Source: Vicugna vicugna
Taxonomy: Eukaryota
Direction: 5' to 3'
DNA: 64,000 bases
Assembly: GCA_013265495.1 (NCBI GenBank)
Contig: MU058384.1
Location: 4,575,239 to 4,639,238, forward strand
A program made the position numbers and the translations under genes. Shown here one piece after another: positions 1 through 12,799 of the stretch (positions within the stretch are counted from its first letter, which is position 1; the number at the start of each line of letters is the position of its first letter). The notes under the pieces were generated by a model, which was given only the letters and a program-made list of their open reading frames with translations, was not told the origin of the DNA and made no database searches.

Positions 1-419
1 AGTTTTCTCAAAGCAGCAGGCACTGGGATACTGTGCTAGGTTTTAAAGAAATGCTTTTTACATGTACAGTCTCAGCAAAAAGGTAAGGAAAACAGACTCA
101 GAGAGGTATAATCACTAACAAAGTTCACACATTAATAAGTAGTGAAGCTGGAAAGGTAATAGTTAAGTAGTAGAATAGGTCTGTTTGACTACAAAGCCCA
201 TGGTCTTTTCACAGCACCATAATATTTTATTCTACTGAGTACAGCCACGACAGAAATAATATATTTGACAGGGTATTTTTAAACAGAAATATCCTGAGAA
301 AAAATATTTAGGAAGCTACCATAGCTTAAAGGAAATGGTTAGCTCTTAAGTATCTCTTCTTTGCATCTATGCACACTAATAATTTTCCAAACTATAAGGT
401 GGTCTCCTGAAGGCCTTAC

Positions 420-785
420 CTGTCAGAAAGTCATACCTGAAAATGATTGGTGTCCAGCTTTAGCTATTACTACAAATTAGGATGAATCTTGTCACCAAGC
501 ACACATAGATATTAATTAGCTTTTAAATCAGGTTTGCCTTAACACAAATGGATGGTCTCCAGGGCCTTCAACAGTGTATGAACAGAGGATAGGAATGTGG
601 CTAGGAGAGAGTTGCCTAGTTTCCAAGCGTGCAGGGCTTAAGACTCTGCTCTTGGTTGACAGCATGCTCCCGGAAGCCTGGACCGAGACGCTGGTGGGCA
701 CTGTTCCCTTCCAGATGCAAAAGCCCTGTAGCTATGACAAGCTGGAAGGCCCTGCAGCAGTGGTCAGCTGCACTGCAATTTGTTT
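420..785 (-). pseudogene. Pseudo-exon, EGF-like
   Basis: Acceptor tttgtcatcttag|AA. Reads ETNCSAADHCC...HQRLGPGFR/GACCQ (EGF CxC-PGFxGxxC with one frameshift and C>R, C>G changes) ...KPC. Strong donor CAG|GTAAGG at 420; the true 3' end is uncertain. Confidence 0.55.
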
Positions 786-1533
786 CTAAGATGACAAAGA
801 GCAGAAAGTACAAATAGGGCAAGGTTAGAGGCCTCAGTCAGAGGCCCTGGGTGATGCCAGTGTTGCCGAGAGCCCGAACTTGGTAGTGTAACTTCTTTGC
901 TTGAAAGCCCTCAATCAAGCAGGACCTCTGAGGTCTACAACTGTAATTTTAAACCACAAAGGAAAACAGAACCCTCTCAAACTTTTATTTTGCTGAGGAA
1001 GCGGATAATTTAAATAAGTCTGTTTGACACATGCCTATCTGACTTCCCAGTTCCCTTAGGTTTCTTGCAAGTCAGCCATAAAGCTATTCCCCACTTGTTC
1101 TGACAGGATTTATGCATTCTACATCTGGTATTCAGCAAGCATATTTTTCTTCCTTTTTCATTGAACTTCTGCCCATACACACATACAGGGTCTCATTTTA
1201 ATAGTGGGATTATTCCCTGTGTATTTAAATACACAGGAAACAGGAAATCATCTAAAAGAACACAGTGATCTCATGGTTATATCACTTTTCCCCACAAGCC
1301 CATTTGGAATCAGAGACAAAGAGAAGATTCTGGAGCTTATAGCTTAAGAGTTTTTCAACCTGAGAGGCTGATTGACCTTAAGTTCCCTCTCTGGTTCTTA
1401 ACATAGCACAAATTAAGAAAATGAAATAGCACATTTATTCCAAGACACAGGAAAGAAAAGGATAGTCTTTTTTTTGTTTTTTGTCAAAATAAATCTGTGT
1501 TCAGCTCTCAGAAAAGTAAAACGGCACTCTCAC

Positions 1534-1658
1534 ATTTGGTTGGCTGACTAAAGCAGGCGTCAGAGGGTCTAAGCATAGCCCTCCACCAAGGAAGCAGCAG
1601 AGGTCCCTAGACATTCAAACATCGCTCACAGTTGGACATAGGTTCTCTCAAAGGCATA
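1534..1658 (-). pseudogene. Pseudo-exon, EGF-like
   Basis: Acceptor tttctacattcccag, donor AAT|GTGAGA. Pieces across frames: CL*ENLCPT / RCLNV*G / LCCFLGGGLCLDP / SDACFSQP. Confidence 0.55.
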
Positions 1659-2648
1659 CTGGGAATGTAGAAACCTACATTTACTGAGAACGAATATATC
1701 TTGATCATGTTGCATTTAATCCTCACAAAAAACATGTAAAATAGGCATCACTAGACCCATTTTACAGATGAGGAAACTGCGGTTGAACTCCTAAAGACTC
1801 CATGTATTTCAAAGGAGAGCATTTCTTCCAATTAGCAATTGTCTCCATGGGCTAGGGTTTCCTAAGATGCTCTCACACCACAGCCCTGGGGAAAGGCTGG
1901 AGAACACACTCTTCTGTAGCACCCTGGGAACAGAACTTCCAGGCTCTATCCTTGACTCTACCAGAACAGGCACAAAAGATGCTCAAAGCGACGGCTCTGA
2001 GAAATGGCTGCTCTAGGAGTCTTTTCTCCATCAAAGAACAAAGAAATTATGTTCTGCATACTTCAGTGTGTTCTATTATTTTAAATATTGGTATCTCTTT
2101 CTGGTACCTATGTCAACTCTCTGTTAACTCAAATGTTTGACTAACCTGAATATTTTATTTCCCAATCATGCCACAGAATAAAACATTTGTGAAAGCAGGA
2201 TGCCTTTGTCCTGCCCTTGGAATAACCACCCTACTCTAAGCTTTTTAATAATGCCAAGGTTTCCCCCACCTTGACTCAGACATTTTGTTGGTTCTTACCC
2301 CACTTCCTTTTCTACGAATATTCTTTTTTCTCATTCACCTGAAACTGTCACCATCAAAACCTAGTTTAAATCTCCCTCAAAATCTCCATTACTGGCCCCA
2401 TGTGGATTTTAACTCCTTAAACATGTCCTCTAATTCAGTCTATATAATCTTTAAACTATGTTACTTTGAACCTATTCTCAATACTTTGTAACTAATCTCT
2501 GGTCATTTACCTTATAACATTCTTTGTCTCCCTAACCCTTTAAAATTAAAATTAAAATTCTTTGGAAAAAAAAATTCTTTGCAGAGTCGAACAGCATCAT
2601 TTGTTATTTTGAATCTTGAAATAGGATGTGCTTAAAGTCACGTAGATC

Positions 2649-2860
2649 CAGTGGTGTGCTGTAGCCAGGGTTGTGTCTGCTTGGGAGAGCCCATTGTGTG
2701 CGTTATGCTGCACAGCCTCTTCCCAACTCAGTTTTCAGTGACATCATGTTGGTAGCTTGAACTTAGCCATTGTGGGAGTGTTTATATCACGGAAATTAGC
2801 AAATGCTACAAATCAAGGCTTTGTTTTCTTCCTTTGGAGAGCCAGTTCACCAGCACAGTG
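2649..2860. mobile_element. hAT (MER63-like) DNA transposon fossil
   Basis: Begins CAGTGGTGTGCTG and ends ...CCAGCAC (terminal inverted repeat typical of MER63/Blackjack). Confidence 0.55.
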
Positions 2861-2877
2861 TCCTTGCTACTCAAAGC

Positions 2878-3000
2878 GTGGTTCACAGGCCAGCAGCTTC
2901 TGTATCACTTGGGAGCTTGCTAGAAATATGAAGTCCAGCATCTCACCTCAGAGTTTTGCATTTTTTAACAAGCGCCTCCAGTGATTTGTTTGCATCAAAA
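2878..3000. mobile_element. MER5-like hAT-Charlie MITE
   Basis: tactcaaagcgtggt...cagcagc...gggagcttgctagaaat...gcattttttaacaag...gtgatt, typical of MER5A. Confidence 0.6.
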
Positions 3001-3233
3001 CATGAAACAAGTAACTTCTAAAATCACCTCTTAAAATCTGGAATTGATTCCTTCTACAAACATGGTGCTCCCTTAAGTTTGTTGCATTGACTGAAATCCA
3101 CAATGTGAAACTGTTTCAATTCCCAGGGCTGCTTGCCAAAGGCTGAGATGTATTTGTCCTATTTACATAGTTATTGCTATAAAACTCTGAATAATTTCTT
3201 TTTAGAAGTTTGAAATGGGATGATGTCCAATAC

Positions 3234-3391
3234 CTGGAAGAAATCTGGATTTTTAATACTAAATCAAGGACGTATCAAACTAAGAAGGGACATTAAAAGG
3301 ATTTTTAGACATGGAACAATACAAAGATTTGGGAAGGGGCATGGAGAACAATTTCTTGTTTCTCATGCAACTTTGATGGACTTAACAGTAC
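3234..3391 (-). pseudogene. Pseudo-exon, Cys-rich/EGF-like
   Basis: ttag|GT acceptor and CAG|GTATTG donor. Reads GTVKSIKVA*ETRNCSPCPFPNLCIVPC. Confidence 0.4.
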
Positions 3392-3632
3392 CTAACATAT
3401 GCACAAATCAATTAAATTTTGAAACCATGGGCTAATATTAAGAAAGAAGCTGTAGCATTTCTGTATTAATTAATGGCTTCTCCAATGCAGTAGAAATAGA
3501 GCAAAAATTCTGGGTAAAATACTAAGCCTAGAAGCACACATGAAACATGCAATACAAAATTCCAGTTTTGTATAACAGAAGTTTCTGAAAAGCTGCATCA
3601 GGTGAATATTTGTGAAAGAAGTCTCAATTATT

Positions 3633-4632
3633 CAAAAAGAAAAAATCAAACAACTCAATCCAACAATGTGCAGAAGACCTAAACAAACATTTCTCCTAGG
3701 AAGACATACAAATGGCCAATAGGCACATGAAAAAATGCTCAGTATCACTAATTATCAGAGAAATGCAAATCAAAACTACAATGAAGTATCCCCTCACACT
3801 AATCAGAATGGCCATCCTTAAAAAATCCACAACAGATAAATGCCGGAGAGGGTGTGGAGAAAAGGAACCTTCCTACACTGTTGGCGGAAGTGTAGTTTGG
3901 CGCAGCCATTATGGAAAACAGTATGGAGATTCCTAAAAAAACTGAAAATAGACTTACCCTATGATCCAGCAATCCCACTCCTGGGCATATATCTGGAGGA
4001 AACTCTAACTCGAAAAGATACATGCACCCCAATGTTCACAGCAGCACTATTTAAAAATAGCCAAGACATGGAAGCAACCCAAATGTCCATTGACAGATGA
4101 TTGGATAAAGAAGTTGTGGTGTGTATATGTATGTGTGTATGTATCTATACATTCTATTCTATTTTAAATAGAATACTACTCAGCCATAAAAAATAAAATA
4201 ATGTCATTTGCAGCTACATGGATAGACCTGGAGATCATCATATTAAGTGAAGAAAGCCAGAAAAAGAAAAATACCATATGATATCACTTATATGTCAAAC
4301 CTGAAAGAAAAAAGGATGCAAATGAACTTATTTACAAAACAGAGACAGACTCACAGACATAGAAAACAAACTTATGTTTACAGGGGAGGAGGGGAATAGG
4401 GTGGGGAGGGATAAATTGGGAGTTCAGGATTTGCAGATACTAACTACTGTATATAAAATAGATAAGCAGCAAGGTCCTACTGTATAGCACAGGGAACTAT
4501 ATTCAATCCTTGTAATAGCCTATAATGAAAAAGAATATGAAAAGGAATAAATAAATGTATAAATGAATCACTATGCTGTACACCAGAAATTAACACAACA
4601 TTGTAAATTGACTATACTTCAAAAAGTATAAA
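3633..4632 (+). mobile_element. 5'-truncated L1 (ORF2 C-terminus + 3' UTR)
   Basis: ORFs 3712-3936 and 3840-4100 are L1 ORF2 C-terminal peptides ([10 protein letters not shown]..., [12 protein letters not shown]). A-rich tail. Degenerate TSD aagtctcaattatt / aagtcttgattatt. Confidence 0.95.
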
Positions 4633-4958
4633 AAAGTCTTGATTATTGACAAAGCATGAACTAGGGTCAAGTTCCTTGAGTTCAAATTGCAGCTCTGCCT
4701 CTTACTAGCTGTGTGATCCTAGGAGAGTTACTCTGTACCCTAGTTCCTTACCTGTAGAATGGAAGTGTAAATATTCCTTACCTCATTGCATCTGGTGGTT
4801 GTAATACCCGTACCAGCTAGTTGCTTATGGTCTGTGGTGTGGCCTAGGCATCAGGAATCATAAAATATCCCAGGTGATTTTAATGTTCCGCCAGGCTTGA
4901 GAAGCACTGGCCCAAGGGCATGATTAAGCAGATGTTAGAAACCAGCATGTAATAATTT

Positions 4959-5122
4959 GGGGGAATTATATTCAATATCTTGTGGTAACTTATGGTGAAA
5001 AAGAAAATGAAAACGAATATAGGTATGTTCGTGTATGACTGAAGCATTATGTTGTACATCAGAAATTGACACAACATTGTAAACTGACTATACTTCAATA
5101 AAAATACATATATACAAAAAAA
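4959..5122 (+). mobile_element. Short L1 3' end
   Basis: Matches the 3' UTR end of the other L1s here (acacaacattgtaaactgactatacttcaataaa) plus an A tail. Confidence 0.9.
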
Positions 5123-5316
5123 GAACCTATGCAGATGGTACAATGAACATGAAATGAAAGCTACTAAGTCAACATATTTATTATTCTGCTTTAATAGTTA
5201 TAAGATTTGGCTAATGATTTTAAATGATAAGAATAAAAAATAAATATGAGAAACTTTGTAAATTTTGATTTCTTTTTTTAAAATAGAAACTCAAAATTTT
5301 TTAACCTACAGATTAC

Positions 5317-5549
5317 TTTGAAATATTGTCCCATGGCATCACTTTAAATGGCCTTTATACTGGTACTAATTATTCCCAGCTAACAAGTCTGCCCTGGTTT
5401 TCAGGTGGCCTTCTCTCAGCCCAGAAGATGAGACTACAGGCCAGAGCTAAGGTCAGGGCCACATCCAGGGTGGTTAGCAAGCACTTTCTTCCCTTCTCTC
5501 AACAAGCTGTGAACAGCGTGTACAGGAATGAGGTGAGCAGGTGGCTGCT
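5317..5549 (-). pseudogene. Pseudo-exon, EGF-like
   Basis: Acceptor cccccaacctag. Reads ATCSPHSCTRCSQL...SAC*PPWM/GPDL (EGF CxPPWxGPxC with a frameshift). Donor uncertain. Confidence 0.45.
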
Positions 5550-5804
5550 CTAGGTTGGGGGCTGAGAAGTAGGTGAAGGGGCAAAATGAGCTGAAGCCAA
5601 GGTTTGAGCAGACGAAGCAGTTCTGTGTATGGAAGAACCTGAGTGTAACTCCTTCCTCTAGTCCCACTTGGGGACGTGACTCAGGGCAGGAATCAAATAA
5701 GCTCTGGGATGCTCCCCACTGTCTCATTGGTAACAATGGAGAAACTGGACACAACCCAACTGCCCAGCCATAGGGGTGTGTTGGGGGTGCTACTGGCCTC
5801 AAAT

Positions 5805-6560
5805 TTTTAAAGACTTTTTTAGAGCAGTTTTAGATTGACAGTAAAATTAAGAGGAAGGTATGGAGATTTCCCACCTACCCTCTGCCCCTGATACATGCAG
5901 TCTCCCCCATTATCAACATCCCCCACCAGAGGGATACATTTGTTACAACTGACAAAACAATATTGACATATTATCACCCAAAGTTCATAGTTTACATCAC
6001 TCTTGGTGTTGTACTGTCTATGGATTTGGACAAATGTAAAATGATATGTACCCACCACTACAGTGTCAGGTAGTATTTTCACTGCCTTAAAAATCCTTTG
6101 TGCTCTGCCTATTTATCCTTCTCCCACTCCCCTAATCCTTGGCAATAAATCACTGATCTTTTTACTATCTCCTTAATTTTGTCTATTCTAGAATGCCATA
6201 TAGTTGAAATTATATAGTACGTAACCTTTTCAGATTGGCTTCTTTCACTTACTAATATGCATTTAAGTTTCTTCTATGTCTTTTTGTGGCTTAATAGCTC
6301 ATTTCTTTTTAGCTAAATAATTGTCTGGTTGTACCACAGTTTATTTATCCATTCATCTACTGAAGGACATCATGGTTGCTTCCAAGTTTTGGCAATTATG
6401 ATTAAGGCTGCAATAAACATCAATGTGAAGGTTTTGTGTGGACATAAGTTTTCACTTCCTTTGGGTAACTACCAAAGAGATAAATTGCTAGATGTTATTA
6501 TAAGATTATGTTTATTTTTGTAGGAAACCATCAAACTATCTTCCAAATGGCTGTAATAAT
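5805..6560 (-). mobile_element. Old L1 (L1MB-like) 3' end
   Basis: Antisense L1 3' UTR/ORF2 end (tttatttatccattca...ggttgcttccaagttttggcaattatg). Confidence 0.85.
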
Positions 6561-7155
6561 AAGCATACATTATATATTCAGTAAAACATAATGCATCAGG
6601 CTCACCCAAAGCAATTAAATTCAACATCTTGGGACAGGAAGGGAGGGTGGAAGGGGAAGAAATCTTTTATTTTAATAAGCTCCACAAGGTGAGTCTATCA
6701 AAAGTTGTGAAATGTTGTTATAATTTAGTACCCTGCTTATTTTATTGTCTAAGAGTTTAAATAGAGTACTAGTAACACCAGCATCCTTACATTTTTCCAT
6801 TAGCATGGCATACTTGAATTTAAAGGGACTAGAAAGTTGCTTCTTTTCTAAGTACATTATAAATGCCTATATTTTCCCTTTGGAGTAAAATAATAAATAA
6901 CAGCAACAGAAGGTTGGACAGAAGCTTAAAGTGCAGTGAACTCATCCCCCACTAGCCCATCTTGAAGAGTACAGGTGAAAAAAGTTTAAGGACCTCTAGA
7001 GAAGTTTTCAGAACCTTTCCCAGCAATATATTCTGTAGTTAACAGACTTTAATTTAAAACAGTTTACTTGTATTAGCCTTATTTCTTTTTTCTTTTCTTA
7101 TCCAAAATTCTCTTGAGTTTAAAATATTGTTTTAAACAAATATAAAATCCAATAC

Positions 7156-7390
7156 CTAGGCCGTTATTGAAAACAGGGGAAGAAAGCATTGACCATATCC
7201 TGCCCTTAAACAAATCTGCCCTGCATATCATAATATAAGCTTTTCAGAAGTCATAGTTTCCAAACTTTATTCTTTTGCCAGTCAATATTTAAGCATACAA
7301 TTCTCCATTAAAAAAAAAATGGAAACGGAGGTTCCTGGCACATAGGATAATCTGTGTCATGCCCCTAGATAGCCAACAATAGGCTCTAGA
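7156..7390 (-). pseudogene. Pseudo-exon, YPM..FPFF.N..F.KA module
   Basis: Long pyrimidine tract then caag|; donor TAG|GTATTG. Reads HDTDYPMCQEPPFPFFF/NGELYA*ILTGKRIKFGNYDF*KAYIMICR and resembles segment 14243-14446. Confidence 0.5.
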
Positions 7391-8123
7391 CTTGCAAGAA
7401 AACAAGTTGGATTGCAGTAGGGGTGAAGAAAGCACAAAGCATACAGGTATGATGAGCCAGGTAGTAATGGGTTTGGGAGTCATTGATTTTTAATTTACAT
7501 TTAATCCATATCAGATTTGTCTATGTTCAGACTGGATATGAGCTGGCACTCATCCTTTTAAATCTAAGATTAATGGTGATAATGGAGTTTCCAGAAAGAG
7601 AGGCTTAGAGGAATTTTATAATCAAACTATGACACAATAGGAAGGGGCTGAGTTTAGACTGCCAACAGGTTAATTAACATTACCATTCCCCGCTCTGATT
7701 CTAATAAAATATAAATTCTCCCAGAGAACCCTAAACAAAAATGTCTTCTAAAGTAAGGTCATGAATAGCAGGACAATAAAAATTTCACGGTAGTTTGACT
7801 ACTTAGTGACCTAGGTAAGTTAATTAACTCTTTTGAATCTCAGCGTTTCCCACCTGTAAATGGGAAATAACAATTGTAGTGACATCATAGGGTTATTTAG
7901 GCATTAAATGAGATATTTGTGTGGTGTAAGAACATAATTTCCCATAAGAAATTACATAATAAATGCTAGCTATTATTTTATTAATGTTCTATTATCCAAT
8001 AGGTGCACCATGTGTTTTACTCACAAAGTATGGGGAAGAAGGGGCTGGGACATGCCCAGAGTATTTGAATTTAGAGTTAAAGGTCATGTACGTATACTTA
8101 TAACTGGAAGGTCTTAACCTTAC

Positions 8124-8379
8124 CTGAATTTTATTTTCTCTGTAGACTTTGTTACTATAAAAAGGCATCCCATGAATTTCAACTAAATTACACATCCAGG
8201 ACTCTTTAGAACAGGATGTTTATTTTTAATTTGAAGGTGTCTTTGGGTGTTCCCCCGTTTACAGGCAAAGCTGAAGACCTCAAAAGTGTTCAAGGCTTCA
8301 TTGGTCAGTTCATGTTGGAATGTAATTTGCATCCCATACCTTCCTGAGTTTCCATGAACTGGCGCTCAGAAATAGTTCC
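8124..8379 (-). pseudogene. Pseudo-exon, domain unassigned
   Basis: Acceptor tactttcacag, strong donor CAG|GTAAGG. Long near-open frame GNYF*APVHGNSGRYGMQITFQHELTNEALNTFEVFSFACKRG... Confidence 0.55.
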
Positions 8380-8730
8380 CTGTGAAAGTAACTCTAAGAA
8401 TCAGCTGGTTGTTAGTTCATTTACTCAAGACCAAATTCTAAGCAGACGTCCACAATAGGAGCTAAATTTCCCCACTGGTTTAAGGAAGCTTCTTTTGTTA
8501 GCACAAACACATTCTTTTCAGATTTTATCTATTATATTAATTCAATATTACGAAAAATAAATTCTTTCTGTTCTCCTTCAGTAACCTAAGGCTTGTATGA
8601 AATCTCTCTGGCCTTATAAATTCATGAATCCAGAATAAAATGATTAAGCAGAAAACAAAAAAAAATTCAAAAATAATGTTGTTTTTCAAGATGCTTGGAT
8701 CTATTTAAACTAAATCAAATATACTGTAAA

Positions 8731-9260
8731 TTTCCCTAATAATTAGTGATGTTGAACATCTTTTTATGTGAGTGTTTGGCCATCTGTGTGTCTTCTTTGG
8801 AAAAATGTCCATTCAGATCCATTTTTAATTGTTTTGTTTTTCTGTTGGTGACTTACACAAGTTCTTTATATATTCAGATATTATTGAATATATGATTTGC
8901 AAATATCTTCTTCATTACCACAATGAGGTATCACCTCACACCCATCAGAATGACTATTATCAGAAAGGCAAGAATTAACAAGTGTTGGAGAAAAGGGAAC
9001 CTTCATACACTGTTGTTGGGAATGTAAATTGGTACAGTCACTATGGAAAAGAGTATGGAGATTCCTCAAGAAATTAAGACTAGAACTACCATATGATACA
9101 GCTATTCCACTTCTGAGTATTTAGTCAATGAATATGAAAACATTAATCAGAAAAGATATATGCACCCCTATGTTTATCACAGAATTATTTACATTTGCCA
9201 AGATACAGAAACAGTGCCCATCAATGGATGAATCGATAAAGAGGATGTGGTACACACACA

Positions 9261-9318
<58 letters not shown>

Positions 9319-9393
9319 GGAATACTATGCAGCCATAAAAAGATAAAATCTTGCAATTTGTGGCAATATGGGTGGACCTTGGAAGTATCAAGA

Positions 9394-9445
<52 letters not shown>

Positions 9446-9834
9446 GGAATACTATGCAGCCATAAAAAGATAAAATCTTGCAATTTGTGGCAATATGGGT
9501 GGACCTTGGAAGTATCAAGCTAAATGAAATGTCAGATAGATAAAGACAAATACTGTATGATTTTATTCATATGTGAAATTTAAAAAATCCCCAAAATATA
9601 ATGAGCAAGCCAAACCAAACAAAAACAAACACATAAATACAGAGAACAGATTAGTGGTTACTAAAGGGAAGGAGTATAGCGGGAAGGCAAAATGGGCAAA
9701 GGGGGTCAACTGCATGGTGACAGACAAAAACTAAACTTTTGGTGGTGAATCTTGTACAGACAGTGTAGACAGAAGTCAAAATACAATGTTGCACACATGA
9801 AATTTTTAAAAAATTTTAAATAAAATACAGTAAA
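8731..9834 (+). mobile_element. L1 with 5' inversion (twin priming)
   Basis: 8731-8912 is antisense L1 ORF2. ~8914-9820 is the adjacent sense continuation (accacaatgaggtatcacc...). Flanking atactgtaaa at 8721-8730 and 9835-9844. Confidence 0.85.
9260..9519. repeat. Tandem duplication of (CA)n + ~76 bp of L1 sequence
   Basis: Units 9260-9392 and 9393-9519. The non-microsatellite parts are identical; the CA count differs by 3. Confidence 0.95.
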
Positions 9835-10259
9835 ATACTGTAAAATTATTCTTATTCTAGTGTGTTTTTTACTTCAGTCATTCTTTTACTAGGAAGTATT
9901 TGAGTGCCCAGTTCTATGTATATCACTATGGAGAAGTTCAAGAAGCTTAAGAAATGGTCCCAATCTCTCAGATTTTATAATCTCACTAGAAGATAAATAA
10001 TAGCCAGAAAGCAATTATAACAAAATATGATTAAGTATCAAATGGATGTGAAAGGAGTACAGATAAGGAATTATTTAGGGGTTAATTTGGTTAGTGGAGG
10101 GAAAAAAGCATTGATGAGTTTACCTTCTGCAAGGCCTCAAATCCTGGAAGGTTAGAATAAATTCACAACAGACAGGGATAATTGGGGAGGTTATTCAAAA
10201 AGGAGATTAACAATTGGAACAAAGGACTACATATTTAGTCAAAAAATAGTAGGCAGTTT

Positions 10260-11340
10260 TCCAGCTAAGATCGATTGAATACAACATTCCCAAACATACA
10301 GAAATAGGTACAACGGTTATTGTTAGGTATTAAACATACAGCAGAACACAAAGGCAAAAAAGGAAATCTCCACATGCTAGAAACAAAGGGACTAGAACAA
10401 TGAGTCAGGAACGGTCTCAAAGCCTAGTGTTTTCATAGCCATTCAAGACCACAATCTGCCCCAGGAAAATGTGTGCCTGGCTGGAATCAGAGCTGGGCTC
10501 CCTGTGCAAAATTGGCAGAACCCCAGAAAGCAATGTACCAACCACAGAGGATCCAAAACATCTCTACCTGCATACCCAAAGTAGCTACTGGAAATGAGCC
10601 AACAGCCCCACTCAGTAGGTGAAAAGGTAGTCTTCTGGAGATAGTACAACTCCAAGACTGAGGTGCACTTGGAAGTGGGAACTGAGTTCTCATTACTCAC
10701 TACAGAAGCACTCTGAGAATACAAGGCTGAAAAACTAACACAAACAGTAATTCAGAATGAGTGAGTCTTGAAGGTACTGCTAGACTTTCCAGTGGAAATT
10801 ACCACAGGGTTGTTATCTAGAGCTCCAGAAAAGAAAATTCTCTCTGAAAAAAAATCACAATAATAACCCTAGAACAAAATAGGACCCTCAACGTGAAAGA
10901 CAGTTCATAGGACAAGAGGAACTAGCAACAACAGAACAATATTGAAAGGGGGTTTACAATAAGTATGTTTGCAATGTTTAAACTTTAAAGAAAGAACTTG
11001 CATCTGTAAATTAAAAACAGGAAGTTATTAAAGATGCTCTAAAAAGTCAAGTAAAAGTATAATCATTAAATTTGTTTTAAATTTCAGCAAATTGATTATA
11101 TAGAAGACAAGTTATACTCAAAGGTGAATTCGAAGATAGAACAGAACATGTGTGTAGCACGTTGGAGAAAGACACAGCAATGAAGGATATAAAAAAAAGA
11201 AGTCAGGAATCATAGAAACTCTCATATCTGCCCCATAGAAATTCCACAGGCATGAACCAAGAGTGGATAGACAATATTCTAAGATTTAATGATGGTGAAT
11301 TTTCCAGAAATAAGAAAATATAAATCCTCAGATTGAAAAA
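10260..11340 (+). mobile_element. Ancient L1M 5'/ORF1-region fragment
   Basis: A-rich sequence with degenerate ORF1-region motifs (gaatttccagaa...aaatcctcagattgaa). Confidence 0.5.
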
Positions 11341-11779
11341 AAAAGTAATGCTTTAGGACATTTGAAATAGGAAGACTACAGTGATATTTTCCTTTAAAGA
11401 AGCCCTTTCTATCCAAAATTCTTGTTTTATACCTTTTCTATATTTTATAAATTATATTTTAGAGTCAAAAAGTCTTTCCTAATATTCTGAAATGTTATTT
11501 TCAAATATTATATTTACAAGTGCTATTAAATGTCTAAAATGCAAAAAACAAAAATTCAAAACAGTACAAACAAAACAGCACAAACAAAAACTTAAGAAGT
11601 CATTCAGTCTGTATTCATGGACCAAACCTTTTCAGATGAATCAAACAGATAAAAAATTATTGCTTTTAACCATCTCAACAAAGGGAGACATTCATTCATG
11701 GACTTGTTAACAAAGCTGAGGGCCAAGTACAAGGCCAAGGCCTGAGGGAACTGAGTTGATCCAGCACCTTTCCCCCAGG

Positions 11780-12330
11780 TGCCTGCTCACAGTCTGGTGA
11801 GGAGACAACCAAAACACCCATTAACACAATAATGTGGGATAGTTGCTGTCAGAGAAGTGTGCATTTCGTTGCTATGGGAGCCTCAGAGGAGCACTTCTAA
11901 CTAAACTAGGGGAGGAGGGGAAGACTTCAAGAGTAAGCTATGTTGAAACTGCATCTGAAAAGCTGAATTAGCTAAGCAGATGGCATTCTAGACCTTCAGG
12001 GCTTTGCAAGTGCAAATCGTTTGTTATGGCTGGTGCACAGGGAACAAATGGAGACATCCTGAAAATGGAGCTGGAGAGAGGCAAGTAGAGGCTGGTCATG
12101 AAGTGCTTTCTAAGAGCCATTCTGTGAAGTTTCACTTTATACTAAAGGGGATAGGTAGTCAATAAATGCCATGTAGAGGCAAATGCCAGGACTGGATTTG
12201 TGTTTGAGAAGGAGCAGTATGGAGGGTGGATTACAAAGGGAAGACAAGGTAGGGAGACCAATGGGAAAAACAATAAAATAATCCAAACAAGAATTGATGA
12301 AGGCCTTGACTAAGACTTCCTTACATGGTA
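11780..12330. mobile_element. L2 fragment
   Basis: cagtctggtgaggagac...gctatgggag...ggatttgtgttt...gaaggccttgactaag, typical of L2. Confidence 0.65.
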
Positions 12331-12799
12331 GCTGAAAAGGCAAGTGTTTTTGTTTTTGTTTTTGTTTGTTTTGTTGGTAGTGTGAAATCTTATGATCTAA
12401 AACAGGTAACTGTGGGGCTGGTGGAGATGGAGGTGGGAGTCATGAGTGGCTCTGCCCCACCTTCCCCTGCATCCTGCAGCAGCTCCAGAGGCCCCTCAGA
12501 GAAGTAGTGCGCACTAGAGAGAAGTAACATTAGTGTCTCCACTCTTTTTATTTAATAAACTCTTCTAGTGCCTAATCATCTCCAGTGTCAAGTTGCTCTC
12601 TACTATCTAAAGTAAATCTCTACAAGAGTTCATCAGAAGCCTTGCTTTATTTCTTTAGGTGTCAAATAAATACTGCACTCAATAAATCTCTCTGTGTGTC
12701 CCTAGCCTCTGTACATACTTCCAGACCCAGTTAATGATAGCCTTGTGTAAGCAGACATTCCGACCCTCTACTTCCTGAATCAATCTGAGAGTGATGACT

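Noticed and set aside
6791..6828. Tiny minus-strand segment reading VCHANGK
   Set aside because: Too short to distinguish from chance.
9121..9518. HT/CV-repeat ORFs, and a CRISPR-like repeat-spacer appearance
   Set aside because: Translations of (CA)n microsatellites in a duplicated L1 segment; the DNA is eukaryotic.
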